A stretch of 64,000 nt of DNA from the human T2T-CHM13v2.0 reference genome, Homo sapiens. The notes below the pieces were generated by a model that did not search any database, was not told the DNA's origin, and saw nothing but the letters and a program-made list of their open reading frames with translations. The position numbers and the translations under genes were made by a program. This document shows, piece after piece, positions 1-14,350 of this stretch. Each line of letters begins with the position of its first letter. Positions within the stretch are counted from its first letter, which is position 1. The DNA lies in assembly GCA_009914755.4 (NCBI GenBank), contig CP068257.2, positions 5,856,001 to 5,920,000 on the forward strand, given 5' to 3'.

Positions 1-3000
1 TCCCCTTCATACAGTTCCATTCCATTGACTCCATTCCACCCCGTTCCATTCCTTTCAATTCCAATCCACTCCATTCCATTCCACTCCACTCCCTTCCATT
101 CCATTCCACTCCATTCCCATCCATTCCATTCCATTCAATTCCAATCCACTCCATTCCAGTCCAGTCCACTCTATTCCATTCCACTCCACTCCATTCCCTT
201 CCATTCCACTCAACTCCTCTCCATTCCACTCCATTCCATTCCCCTCCATTCCATTGTATTGCATTCAATTCCATTCCATTCCACTCCACTCCATTTCATT
301 CCACTCCATTCCACTCCAGTCCTCTACACTTTACTCCACTCCACTCCATTCCATTCCATTCCATTTTTTCTTTTCCATTGCATTCCATTCCATTTCATTC
401 TATTGAACTCCACTCCATTCCATCTACTACACTCCACTCCAATCCATTCCACTCCAATCCATTCCATTCCACTCCATTCCATTATATTCCACTCCACTGA
501 ATTGCATTCCACTCCACTCCTTCCATTCCATTCCACTCCACTCCACTCCACTCCATTCCATTCCAATCCTCTCCATTCCATTCCATTCCACTCCACTCCA
601 TTCCACTAAACTCAACTGAATTCCACTCCATTCCCCTCTTTTCCATTCCTCTCCACTCCCTTCCAATCTACTCCACTCCACTCCACTGGAATCAACTCCA
701 ATCCATTCTACTCCATTCGATTCCTTTCCAATACAATCCATTCCATTCCACTGCACTACATTCCATTCCAATCCATTCCATTCCCTTCCATTCCACTCCA
801 TTGACCTCAATTATTTTCCATTCTATTCCACTCTATTCCATTGCATTCCATTCAATTCCTTTCCATTCCACTCCATTTCATTCCACTCCACTACATTCCA
901 TTCCACTCCACTCCTTTCCACTCCCCTCCACTCCGTTGCATTCCACTCCATTTCACTCTACTCCACTACATTCTACTCCACTCCACTCCATTCAATTCCA
1001 TTCCATTCCACTGCATTCCAGTGCATTCCACTCCATTCCACTCCACTCCACTCCTTTTCGGTCCATTCCAGTCTTCTCAACTAAACTCCATTCCACTCCA
1101 TTCCACTCAATTCCACTCCATTCCACTCCTCTCCATTCCATCCCACTCTACTCCATTCCTTTCCACTCCACTTCACTCAATTTCATTCCATTACACTCCA
1201 CTCCATTCCACTATACTCAATTCAACTGCATTCCATTCCACTACACTCAACTGCACTGTACTCCACTCCATTCTACTCCACTCCATTCCATTCTGTTCCA
1301 TTCCATTCCACTCCTCGCCATTCCATTATATTTCATTACACTCCAGGCCTTTCCATTCTACTCCACTCCATTCCGTTCCCCTCCATTCCATTCCATTCCA
1401 TTCCAGTCGACTCCATTCCTTTCCAATGCACTCCATTCCACTCCACTCCATTCCACTCCAATTCACTCCACTCTATTCCACTAGACTCCACTCCAGTCCA
1501 TTGCATTCCACTCCATTCCATTCCATTCCACTCCACTCCTTTCCAATCTATTCCACCCCAACCCATTTCATTCAACTCTATTCCAATCCATTCCATTCAA
1601 GTCCACTCCATTTCATTCCATTGCATTAAACTCCATTCCATTACACTCCACTCCATTTCATTCCACTCCAATCCTTTCCACCCAATTGCTCTCCTTTGCA
1701 TTCCACTCCACTCCACTGAATTACACTCCACTCTTCTCCACACTATTCCATTCCATTCCACTACATTTTACTCAACTCTACTGCATTCCACTCCATTCCT
1801 TTACACTCCATTCCACTCCATTCCACTCCCATTCCCTCCACCATCCTCCATTCCACTCTACGCCAATCCACTCCACTCCACTCCATTCCATTCCATTCCC
1901 TTTCACTCCATTCCATTCCACTACACTCCATTCCATTCCACTCCACTCCGTTCCATTCCACTCCACTCCGTTCCATTCCACTACACTCCAATCCACTGCA
2001 CTCCACTCCATTCCATTCCATTGCATCCCTTTCCACACCACTACATTTCATTCCACTCCCTTTCAATCCGGTCCACTTCATTCCACTCCATTCCACTCAA
2101 TTCCATTCCAATCCTTTCCATTCCATTGCACCTCAGTCCACTACACTAAACTGAATTCCATTCAAATCCATTCCATTCCATTCCTCTCCACTCCATTCCA
2201 TTCCACTCCACTCCCTTGCATTCCTTTCCATTGCACTCTATTCCATCCCAATCATTTCCATTCCATTCCATTCCATTCCATTCCATTCCATTCCATTCCA
2301 TTCCACTCGATTCGATTCCATTCCACTCCATTCCATTCCATTCCACTCCACACCACTCCAATCCACTACACTGCATTCCACTCCACTCCACACCACTATA
2401 TTCCATTCCACCCCTTTCCATTCATTTTCACTCCACTTCCTCCACTGCACTCCATTCCATTCCACTCCATTCCATTCCACTCCCCTCCACTCCATTTTAT
2501 TCCACTCCACTGCATTCCATTCCACTCCATTCTACTCCATTCCATTCCCCTTGACTCCATTATATTCCACTCCGCTGCATTCCATTCCTCTCCAATCCAC
2601 TCCATTCCACTCCACTTCAATCCACTCCACTCCATTCCACTCGACTCCACTCCATACCAGTCCATTTTATTCCATTCCATTCCACTCCATTCCATTCCAT
2701 TCGAATGCACTCCATTCCATTCCACTACACACCACTCCAATCCAATCCACTCCACTCCTGTTCATTCCAATCCACTCCATTACATTCTATTCCATTCCTT
2801 TCCATACCATTGCACTCCACTCCACTTCAGTCCATTTTATACCATTCCATTCCATTCCATTCCATTTTACTCCATTCAATTGCACTCTATTGCCTTCCAC
2901 TCCACTCCATTTAATTCTACTCTACTCCATTCCATTTCACTCCACTCCACTCCATTCCACTGCAATCCACTCAGCTACACTCCACTCTATTCCACTCCAC

Positions 3001-6000
3001 TCCGTTCTACACCACTCCACTCCACTCCATTCTACACCACTCCACTCTACTCCATTCTACACCAATCCACTCCACTCCACTCCACTATATTCCATTCCAA
3101 TCTACAACCCTGCAATTCAACCCATTCCATTCCACTCCACTGAATTCTACCCCAATCCAGTCCACTCCATTCCACTCCACTCCATTCCATTCCAATCCAT
3201 TACACTCTATTCCATTCCACTCAATTCCACTCCACTCCATTCCACTCCACTCCATAACCATTCATTCCATTTCACTCCACCCCACTCCACTCGATTCCAT
3301 TCTATTTCTTTGTGTCACATTCCACTCCACTCCATCCCATTCCACTCTCTTCCACTGCACTCCACTCGATTCCACTCCATTCCACTCCATTCCATTCCTT
3401 TCCACTCCATTCCATTCCATTCCACTCCATGCTTTTCCATTCCACTCCACTCCATTCCATTCCTCTCCATTCCACTCCATTCCATTCCATTCCACTACAT
3501 TCCATTGCACTGCACTCCATTCGTCTCCACTCCATTCCACTCCACTGCACTCCACTGCACTCCATTCCACTCCACTCCACTCCATTCCTTTCCACTTCAT
3601 TCTTCTCAATTCCAGTCCACTCCATTCCATTCTAATCCACCCCATCCCATCCAGTTCCACTCCATTCTATTCCATTTCATACCATTCCGTTGCATTCCAT
3701 TCCATTCAAATTCTCTCCATTCCATTCCACTCCACTCCATTCCATTCCATTCCACTCCACTCCATTCCATTCCACTCCAATCTACGCCAAAGTGTTCCCT
3801 TCGATTCCATTCCATTCCACTCCATTCAATTCCACAACACTCTATTCCATTTAACTTCATTCCACTCCACTCCACTGCACTCAATTCAATTCCATTCCAC
3901 TCCATTCCACTCCACTCAACTCTCCTCCACTACACCCCACTCCATTCCATTCCATACCATAACTCTCCACTCCACTGCACCGCACTCCACTACACTCTAT
4001 TCCTTTCCATTCCATTAATCTCTATTGCATTAAAAGCCACTGCATTCTATTTCATGCCACTCCTTTCCACTCCAATCAATTCAACTGCTTTCAATTCCAC
4101 TGCACTCCACTCCACTGCAAACCTCTTCATTCCAATCCATTCTACTCCACTACATTCTACTCTGTTCCATTCCATTCCGCTCTTCTCAATTACCTTATAT
4201 TGCATTCCACTCCACGACTTTCCATTCCAATCCACTCCATTTCATTCCCCTCCATTCCATTCTATTTGACTCCATTGCATTCCACTGCACTCCATTACAC
4301 TGAACTCCATTCCACTCCACTCCACTCCCGTCCATTCCACTAGACTCCAATCCAGTCCATTCTGTTCCATTCCATTCCATTGCACTCCACTTCATCCCAT
4401 TAATCTCCATTCCTTTGCATTACATTCCATTCCACTCCAATCCACTCCATTCCAACCCACTGCATTCCACCCCACTTTATTCCACTCCACTCCAATCCAT
4501 TCCATTCCATTCTGTTCCACTCCAATCCACTCCTCTCCACTCCACTCCACACCATTCCATTCCTTTCTACTACACTCCACTGCCCTGTTTTCCATTCTAT
4601 TTCACTCCATCCCATTCAATTCCACTCCATTGCATTCCATTCCATTCCATTCCATTCCACTCCACTCTACTCCACTCCATTCCATTCCAATCCATTCCTT
4701 TCCATTCCATTTCATTCCATTCCATTCCGTTCCTTTACATTACATTCCACTCAACTCCATTCCATTCCATTCCACTCCATTCCAGTTCTTTCCACGTCAC
4801 TGCATTCCATTCCACTCCACTCCACTCCACTCCATTCTAATCCATTCCGTTCCATTGCACTCCATTCCATTCCATTCCATTCCATTCCACTCCAATCCAT
4901 TGCATTCCACTCCACTCAATTCCTTTGCATTCCACTCCACTCCACTCCATTCCACTCAATTTCATTCCAATCGACTCCATTCCATTCCACTCCACGCCAC
5001 TCCACTCCTCTCCACTCCACTTCACTACACTCCACTCCTTTCCATTCCATTCCACTCCACTCCACTCTACTCCATTCCATTTTATTCCACTGCACTCCAA
5101 TCCACTCCAGTCAACCCCATTCTACTCCACTTCACTCCATTCCATTCCACTACACTCCATTCCACACCACTACACTCCATTTCACTCCACTCCTTTAAAT
5201 TCTATTCCATTCCTTTCGATTCCATTCCATTCCACAGAACTCCATTCTAGTACACTCCACTCCATTCCACACCACTCCAATCCTCTCCACTCTATTCCAT
5301 TCCATTCCAATTCATTCCATTCCACTCCACTCCATTCCACTCTATTGCACTCAATTACATTCCATTCCACTCCACTCCACTGCACTCAATTGCATTCCAT
5401 TCCATTCCATTCCACTCCATTCCATTCCATTCCTTTCCATTCCACATCACTCCATTCCTTTCCACTACATTCCAATCCATTCCATGCCACTCCGAACCAT
5501 TCCACTCCCCTGCATTCCATTCAGCTCCACTCAATTCCATTCCTCTTCACTCCATTTCACTTAATTCTCCTCCATTCCATTCCACTCCACTCTATTCCAT
5601 TCCTTTCCAATCCACTCCATTCTATTCCATTCCATTCCATTCTATTCGATTCCATTACATTCCATTCCGTTCCATTCCGTTCCATTCCATTCCATTCCAT
5701 TCCACTCCATTCCTTTACACTCCATTCCATTCCACTACATTCAAACACACTCCACTCCATTTCACTCCATTCCATTCTACTCCATTCCACTCCACTCCAT
5801 TCCAATACTCTCCATTCCACTCCATTCCACTATATTCCATTCCACGCCACTCCACATCAATCCACCACACTCCATTCCCTTCCATTCTACTCCACTAAAC
5901 TCCACTCCTCTCCCCTCTATTCTATTCAATTCCATTCCATTCCACTCCACTCTACTCCTCTCCATTTCACTCCACTCCACTCTACTGCATTCCATTCCAC

Positions 6001-8626
6001 TCCACTCCATTCCACTCAAATCCATCTCACTCCACTCCACTCCACTCCACACCACTCCACTCCATTCCATTGCAATCCATTCCATTCTATTCCACTCCAG
6101 TCCACTGCAATACGCTCCACTCCATTGCACTCCCCTCCACTAAATTCCACTCCATTCCATTCCACTCAACTCCATTCCATTCCACTCAACTCCATTCCAT
6201 TCCACTCCACTCCACTCCATTCCATTCCACTCCACTCCATTCCACGCCATTTCATTCCATTCAATTCCGTGCCATTCCATTCCACCCCATTCCATTCCCC
6301 TCCACTCCAAACCTCTCCACTCCAATACATTCCATTCCATTACATTGCATTCCATTACACTCCACTCCATTCCATTCCATTCCACTCTGCTCCATTCCAT
6401 TCCACTTCACTACACTCCATTTCACCCCATTCCACTCGGTTCCGTTTCATTCCACTCCACTCCATTCCACTCCACTCTACTATACTCCACTCCATTCCAT
6501 TATATTCCACTCCTCTCCACTCCAGTACACCCCATTCTACTCCACTCCACTACTTTCCATTCCACTGCACTCCTTTACACACTAGTCCACTTCATTCCAC
6601 TCCACTCCTTTCCATTCCATTCCATTCCACTCGATTCCATTCCGTTCCACTGCATTCCAATCCACTCCACTAAACTCCATTCCAGTCTACCCCATTCCAA
6701 TCCACTTCATTCCATTGCATTCCATTCCAATTCATTCCATTCCACTCCACTCCACTCCATTCCATTCCATTCTACTCCATTCCATTCCACTCTACTCCAT
6801 TCCACTCCATTCCACTCATTTCCACTCCATACTACTCCATCCCTCTCAAATCCATTGTATTCTATGCGATTCCTTTCCAATCCACTCCATTCCAATTCAC
6901 TCCATTCCATTCCTCTCCACTCCTCTCCATTCCACAGAATTCCATTCTATTCCTCTCCTCTCCATTCCATTCCACTCCAATCCACACCACTCCACTCTAT
7001 TCCGTTCCATTCCACTCCATTCCATTCCATTTCATTCCATTCTGTTCCATTCCATTCCACTCCCCTGCTTTCGATTCCATTCCACTCCACCCCATTCCAT
7101 TCCTCTACATTCAATTCCATTACATTCCACTCCACTGCTCTCCACTCAAATCCACTCCATTCCGTTCCATTCCATTCCATTTTATTAAATTCCATTCCAT
7201 TCCATTCCTCTCCATTCAATTCCATTCCACTCCACTCCTTTCGATTCCATTCCATTCTATTCCATTCCACTCCATTCCATTCCATTCCACTACATTCTAT
7301 TACATTTCATTCCACTCCACTCCTTTGGATTCCACTGCACTCCACTCCATTCCACTCCCTTATACTCCCTTCAAATCCATTCCACTCCATTCCATTCCAC
7401 TCCACTCAATTCCAATACACTCCACTCCCCTCCACTCAATTCCACTTGACTCCACTCCATTCCTTTCCATTGCACTCCATTCCATTCCAATCCACTCCAC
7501 TCCATTCCGTACTATTCCACTCAACTCCACTCCATTCCATTCCACTCAATTCCATTCCATTCCACTCTACTCCATTTCATTCCATTCCATTCAACTCCAT
7601 TCCATTCCACGAAACTCGACTCCGTTCCCCTCCACTCCTTATTACTCCATTCCACTCCATTCCACTGTTTTGCTCTCCACTCCATTCCAATCCTCTCCAC
7701 TCCATCCCATTCCACTCCACTCCATTCCATTCCACTCCATTGCATTCCATACCATTCCATTCCATTCCGTTCCATTCTATTCCATTCCATTCCATTCCTT
7801 TGCATGCCATTCCATTCGATTCCATTCCATTCCACTGCTCTCAATTTCATTCCTTCCCATTCCACTCCATTCCTTTCCACTACAGTCTATTCCTTTCCAC
7901 TCCCCTCCACTCCACTCCACTCCACTCCATTCCACAACAATCCACTCCATTCCACTCCACTCCACTCCATTCCACAACAATCCACTCCATTCCACTCCAC
8001 TCCACTCCATTCCAATCCATTCCACTCACTTGCATTCCCCTCAATTCCATTCCACTCCACTGCATTCCATTCCACTTCTCTCCATTCCATTCCTCCCCAT
8101 TCCATTCCGTTCCAACCCATTTCATTGCACTCCACTCCACAGCACTCCATTACTCTTCACTCCATTCCATTCCACTCCATTCCATTCCATCCCACTCCAC
8201 TCGACTCCATTACATTCCACTCCACTCCATTCCATTCCACTCCACTCCATACTATTATATTCCACTCCACTCCACTGCAGTCCACTCCATTCTACTCTAA
8301 TCCATTCCATTCCACACCATCCCACTACACTACACTCCATTACACTCCAATCCTCTCAATTCCACTCCTTTCCACTCCAATCCTTTCCATTCCATTCTAT
8401 TCCACTGCAATCTATTCCACTCCACTCCACACCACTCCACTGCATTCCATTCCATTCCAATCCATTGCATTCCACTCCACTCCATTCCATTCCACTCCAC
8501 TCCACTCTATTAAACGACATTGCATTCCATGCCATTCCACTCCATTCTATTCCACTCCACTCCACTCCATTCCATTCCGCTCTAGTCCACTCCACTCCAT
8601 TTTACCCCATTCCATTGCATTCTACT

Positions 8627-8893
8627 GGAGTTTTGTGGAATGGAATGGAGTTGAATGGGATGGAATGAAATGGAGTAGAGTGGAATGGAATGGAATTTAG
8701 TGGAATGGCATGGAGTGGAGTTGAGTGGAATAGTACGGAATGGAGTGGAGTGTATTGGAATGGAATGGAGTGCAATGGAATGGAATGGAGTGGAGTGAAG
8801 TGGAATTGCGTGGAGGGGAGTGGAGTGTATTGGAATTGAGTGGAGTGGAATGGAATGGAGTGGAATGGATTGGAAGGGAATATAAGAATTGCA
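8627..8893 (-). repeat. Strand-inverted block: about 267 bp of the same satellite in GGAAT orientation embedded in the ATTCC-oriented array (local inversion / strand switch).
   Basis: Seen directly: at ~8627 the sequence changes from '...ccattgcattctact' to 'ggagttttgtggaatggaatggagttgaatgggatggaatgaaatgg...' (G/A-rich GGAAT orientation). This continues to ~8893, then returns to '...caattctactccttgccattccactac'. The ORF track agrees: the + strand ORF 8740..8988 reads MEWSVLEWNG..., which is the peptide type normally found only on the - strand. Confidence 0.85.
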
Positions 8894-8902
8894 TGCAATT
8901 CT
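8885..8902. repeat. 18-bp perfect palindrome AGAATTGCATGCAATTCT at the right-hand junction of the inverted block.
   Basis: Seen directly: positions 8885-8902 'agaattgcatgcaattct' equal their own reverse complement. The centre (8893|8894) coincides with the point where orientation switches from GGAAT back to ATTCC. The flanking arms are only partially symmetric beyond about 11 bp per side. Confidence 0.9.
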
Positions 8903-11900
8903 ACTCCTTGCCATTCCACTACAGTCCAATCCATTCCACTCTACTTCTCTGCATTTCACTCCATTGCATTCCATTCCTCTGCACTTAATTATATTCAACT
9001 CCACTCCCCTCTAATCCATTCCATTCCACTTCTCTCCATTTCACTCCATTCCATTCCATTCCACTCCACTTCATTCCATTCTACTCCACTTCATTCCATT
9101 CCACTCCACTCCATTCCTTTCCATTCCATTCCACTCCATTCCATTCCATTCCATTCCATTCCATTCCATTCCATTCCACTCCACTCCAATTCATTCCACT
9201 CCAATACATTCTGTTCCACTCCACTCCACTCCTTTCTAATCCATTCCGTTCCATTTCATTCCATTCCATTCGATTCCATTCCATTCCATTCCAATCCATT
9301 CCATTTCATTCCACTCCACTCAACTCCTTTGCATTCCACTACACTCCACTCCATTCCACTCCATTTCATTCCATTCTACTCCATTCCATTCCACTCCAGG
9401 CCACTCCCCTCCACTCTACTCCACTCCAATTCACTGCAATCCACTCCATTCCAATCTACTCCTCTCCATTCCATTATATTCCACTCCATTCCAATTCACT
9501 CCAGTCAACCCCATTCTACTCCACTTCACTCCATTCCATTCCACTACACTCCATTCCACTCCACTGCTTTAAATTCTATTGCATTCCATTCGATTCCATT
9601 CCATTCCACACAACTCCATTCTAGTCCACTCAACTCAATTCCACTCCACTCCAATCCTGTCCACTCTATTTCATTCCAATTCATTCCATTCCACTCCACT
9701 CCATTCCACTCTATTATACTCAATTACATTCGATTCCATTCAACTCCACTGCACTCAATTGCATTTCATTCCATTCCATTCCATTCCGTTCCACATCAAT
9801 CCATTACTTTCCACTCCATTCCAATCCATTCCATGTCACTCCATTCCATTCCACTGCACTGCATTCCATTCAGCTCCACCCAATTCCATTCCACTCCATC
9901 CATTCCATTCCTTTCCACTCCATTTCACTCCCTTCCACTCCATTTCATTCCACTCCACTCCATTTCATTCCTTTCCAATCCACTCCATTCCATTCCATTT
10001 TATTCCATTCCATTCCAATCCATTCCATTCCATTCCATTCCATTCCACTGCATTCCATTCCATTCCGATCCAGTCCATTCCATTTCACTCCATTCCATTC
10101 CACTCCACGACATTCAAACTCACTCCACTCCATTTCACTCCATTCCATTCTACTTCATTCCACTCCACTCCATTCCATTACTCTCCTTTCCACTCCATTC
10201 CAGTGTTTTCCATTCCACGACACTCCACATCAATCCACTACACTCCATTCCCTTCCATTCCACTCTACTCCACTCCACTCCTCTCCACTCCATTCTATTG
10301 AATTCCTTTACATTCCACTCCACTCTACTCCTCTCCATTCCACTCCACTGCACTCCATTCCATTCCACTCCACTCCATTCCACTTAACTCCATTTCACTC
10401 CACTCCGTTCCACTCCACTCCACACCTCTCCACTTCATTCCATTGCACTGCTCTCCTTTCTATTCCACTGTAGTCCACTGCATTGTACTCCACTCCATTG
10501 CACTCCACTCCATTCTATTCCACTCCATTTAATTCCATTCCATTCCACTCAACTCCATTCCATTCCACTTCACTCCATTCCATTCCACTCCATTCCTTTC
10601 CATTCCATTCCATTCCATTCCACTTCACTCCATTCCATTCCACTCCATTCCTTTCCATTCCATTCCATTCCATTCCATTCCACCCCTTCCATTCCCCTGC
10701 ATTCCACACCACTCCACTCCAATACACTCCATTCCATTCCATTACATTCCATTGCACTCCATTCCATTCCATTCCATTCCACTCCGCTCCATTCCATTCC
10801 ACTTCACTCCACTACATTTCACACCATTACGCTCCATTCCATTTCATTCCACTCCACTCCATTCCACTCCACTCCACTCATCTGTAATCCATTCCATTCC
10901 ACTCCTTTCCATTCCTTTCCATTCCACTCCATTTCATTCTATTCCATTCGGCTCCATTCCATTCCACTAAACTCGAATACGTTCCACTCCACTCCTTTCT
11001 ACTCCATTCCACTCAATTCCATTTTATTGCACTCCACTCCATTCCATTCCTCTCCACTCCATTCCATTCCACTCCACTCTGTTCCATTCCACTCCATTTA
11101 ATTTCATTCCGTTTCATTCCATTCCTTTGCATTCCTTTTCATTCCATTCCATTCGATTCCAGTCCATTCCATTCCATTCCACTTGTCTCCAATTCTTTCA
11201 TTCCCATTACACTGCATTTCATTCCACTCCAGTCTATTCCTTTCCACTCAACTCCACTCCAATCCACTCCAATCCACTTTATTGCAATCCACTCCACTCC
11301 ATTCCATTCCACTCCATTCCATTTCTTGAACTCCACTCAAGTCCATATAACTCCACTGCATTCCATTCCACTCCACTCCATTCCATTCCTCTCCATTCCA
11401 TTACAACCCATTCCATTACCCTCCACTCCACACAAATCCACTGTCCTTCACTCCATTCCATTCCATTCCAGTCCATTCCATTCCACTCCACTCCACTCCA
11501 TTCCATTCCATTCCACTCCACTCCATCCATTCCCCTCTATTTCACTCCATTCCATTCCATTCTACTCTCTTCCATTCCACTCCACTCCACTCCATTCCAT
11601 TCCAGTCCAGTCCACTCCATTCCATTCCATTCTATTCCATTCCATTCTACTCCATTCCCTTCCCCTCCACTCCTCTCCATTTCAGTCCACTCCATTCCAT
11701 TCAACTCCATTCCATTTCATTCCGTTCTGCTCCACTCCATTCAATTTCATTCCATTCCCTTCCCTTCTCTTCCATTCCATTACCTTGCACTCCACTCCAC
11801 TCCCTTGCATTCCACTCCACTCCATTCCATTCCTCTCCTCTCCACTTTATTCCATTCAAATTCATTCCGTTTCACTCCACTCCCCTTCACTCCACTCCTC

Positions 11901-13569
11901 TCCACTCCACTCCACTATAATCCATTCCATTGCATTCCATTCCATTCTTTTCCACTCCACTGCACTCCATTCAACTCCACTCCATTCTACTCAACCCCAT
12001 TTCGTTCCTTTCCACTCCATTCGATTCCAATCCAGTCAATTCTACTCCTCTCTAATCAATTCCTTTACACTCGACTCCACTTCAATCCACTCCACTCATC
12101 TCCATTCCAGTCTATTTCAATCCACTCCTTTCCATTCCACTCCACTCCATTTCTTTCCACTGCATTCCATTCCATTCCATTCCATTCCATTCCATTCCAT
12201 TCCATTCCACTACATTCTATTCCACTCTAATCCACACCACTCCTGGCCACTTCACTCCATTCCATTCCATTCAATTAAATTTCATTCCATTACCCTACAT
12301 TTCATTCCATTCCATTCCAATACTCTCCGTTCCGTTCCACTCTACTCCACTCCATACCACTCCACTCCACTCCATTCCATTCCATTTCATTCCAATCCAT
12401 TGCATTCCACTCCACTCCAATTCATTCCATTCCACTGCATTCCACTCTGTTCTACTCCATTCCATTCCATTCCATTCCCTTCCACTCCAATCCACTCCTT
12501 TCCATTCCATTCCACTCCACTGCACTCCATTCCATTCCATTCCAGTCCATTCCTTTCCTTTCCATTCCATTCGATTCTATTGCAGTCCACTCCACTCCAT
12601 TGCATTCCACTCCACTCCATTCCATTACTCTCCACTCCATTTCATTCCATTCCACTCAACTCCATTCCACTACACTCCATTTCACTCCACTCCTCTCCAA
12701 TCCACTCCACTCCAGTCCATTCCATTGCACTCCGTTCCATTCCAATCCCCTCCACTGCACTCCATTCTCCTCCACTCCATTCCTCTCCAATCCATTCAAC
12801 TCCACTCCACTCCTTTGCATTCCAATGCATGCCATTCCAATCCATACCACTCCATCCCAGTCCATTCCACTCCACTCCATTCCATTCAACTCCACTGCAT
12901 TCCATTCCACTCCAATAATTTCCATTCCACTCCACTCAACTCCTTTCCATTGCATTCCACTCCACTCTACTCCACTTCTCTCCATTCCCTTCCATTAATT
13001 TCCTTTCCATTCTGATCCACTCCACTCCATTCCACTCCACTCCATTCCATTCCATTCCACTCCAGTAAAATCCGCTCCACTCTATTCCATTTCTTTACAC
13101 TCCACTTCACTTCACTCCACTCCTTTCCACTCCATTCCATTCTATTGCACTCTACTCCTTTCCATTCCACTCCACTCCGTTGCATTCTACTCCACTCCAT
13201 TCCTTTCCAATCCATTCCATTCCACTCCATTCCATTCCACTACAATGAACACCACTCCATTCCAGTTCTCTCCATTCCATTCAATTCAATTAAATTCCAT
13301 TCCATTAACCTCCATTCTATTCCATTCCTTTCCAATACTCTCCATTCCATTCCACTCTACTCTGCTCCATACCACTCCACTTTACTCCATTTCATTCCAT
13401 TTCGTTCCAATCCATTCCATTCCACTCCATTCCAATTCTTTTTCCTCCACCCCATTCCACACTATTCTACTCCATTCCATTCCATTCCATTCCATTCCAT
13501 TCCACTCCACTCCACTCCTTTCCATTCCATTCCATTCTACACCACTCCATTCCTTTCCTCTCCATTCCA

Positions 13570-14350
13570 ATGTATTCCATGCCATTCCCTTCCATTCTTC
13601 TCCACTCCATTCCATTCGTATTCATGCCATTCCATTCCATTCCACTCCATTCCATTCCACTCCATTCCACTGCATTCCACTCCATCCCATTCCACGCCAC
13701 TACACTTCACCCCACTCCACTCCATTCCATTCCATTCCACTCCACTCCAATCCTCTCCATTCTATTCCATTCCATTTTATTCCATTCCACACCAGTCAAT
13801 TCCTTCCACTCCTTTCTAATCTATTTCATGCCACTCCATTCCTTTCTATTCCATTCCATTCCATTTCTATCCACTCCATTCCTTTCTACTCCATTCCAAT
13901 ATATTCCATGCTACTCCATTCCATTCTTCTCCACTCCATTCCATTCGTATCCATGTCATTCCTTTCCATTCCACTCCATTCCATTCCACTCCATTCCACT
14001 GCATTCCACTCCATCCCATTCCACGCCACTACATTTCACTCCACTCCACTGCATTCCACTCCATCCCATTCCACGCCACTACACTTCACTCCACTCCACT
14101 CCATTCCATCCCAGTCCACTCCACTGCAATCCTCTTCAATCTATTCCATTCCATTTTATTCCATTCCACACCACTCGATTCCTTCCACTCCATTCCAGTC
14201 TATTCCATGCAACTCCATTCCATTCTATTCCATTCCATTCCATTCCTATCCACTTCATTCCTTTCCATTCCATTCCACTCCATTCCATTCCATTCTATTC
14301 CACTCCATTCCATTCCATGCCACTACACTTCACTCCACTCCGCTCCACTC
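13570..14350. repeat. ~300-330-bp unit repeated about 2.5 times, containing an internal 50-bp doublet.
   Basis: Seen directly: '(g/a)tattccatgc(c/t)a(t/c)tcc…ttcttctccactccattccattcgtat(t/c)catg(c/t)cattcc…cactgcattccactccatcccattccacgccactacac(t)tcac' starts at 13571 and 13901. A third partial start 'tattccatgcaactcc' is at 14201. Within copy 2, 'cactgcattccactccatcccattccacgccactaca(t/c)ttcactccactc' occurs twice (13990-14090). Confidence 0.7.

Noticed and set aside
8885-8902. The 18-bp palindrome AGAATTGCATGCAATTCT as a possible transcription-factor or restriction-modification target (contains an SphI GCATGC core).
   Set aside because: It is single-copy, sits exactly at an orientation switch within heterochromatic satellite, and is more parsimoniously a breakpoint scar. 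There is no supporting promoter or gene context.
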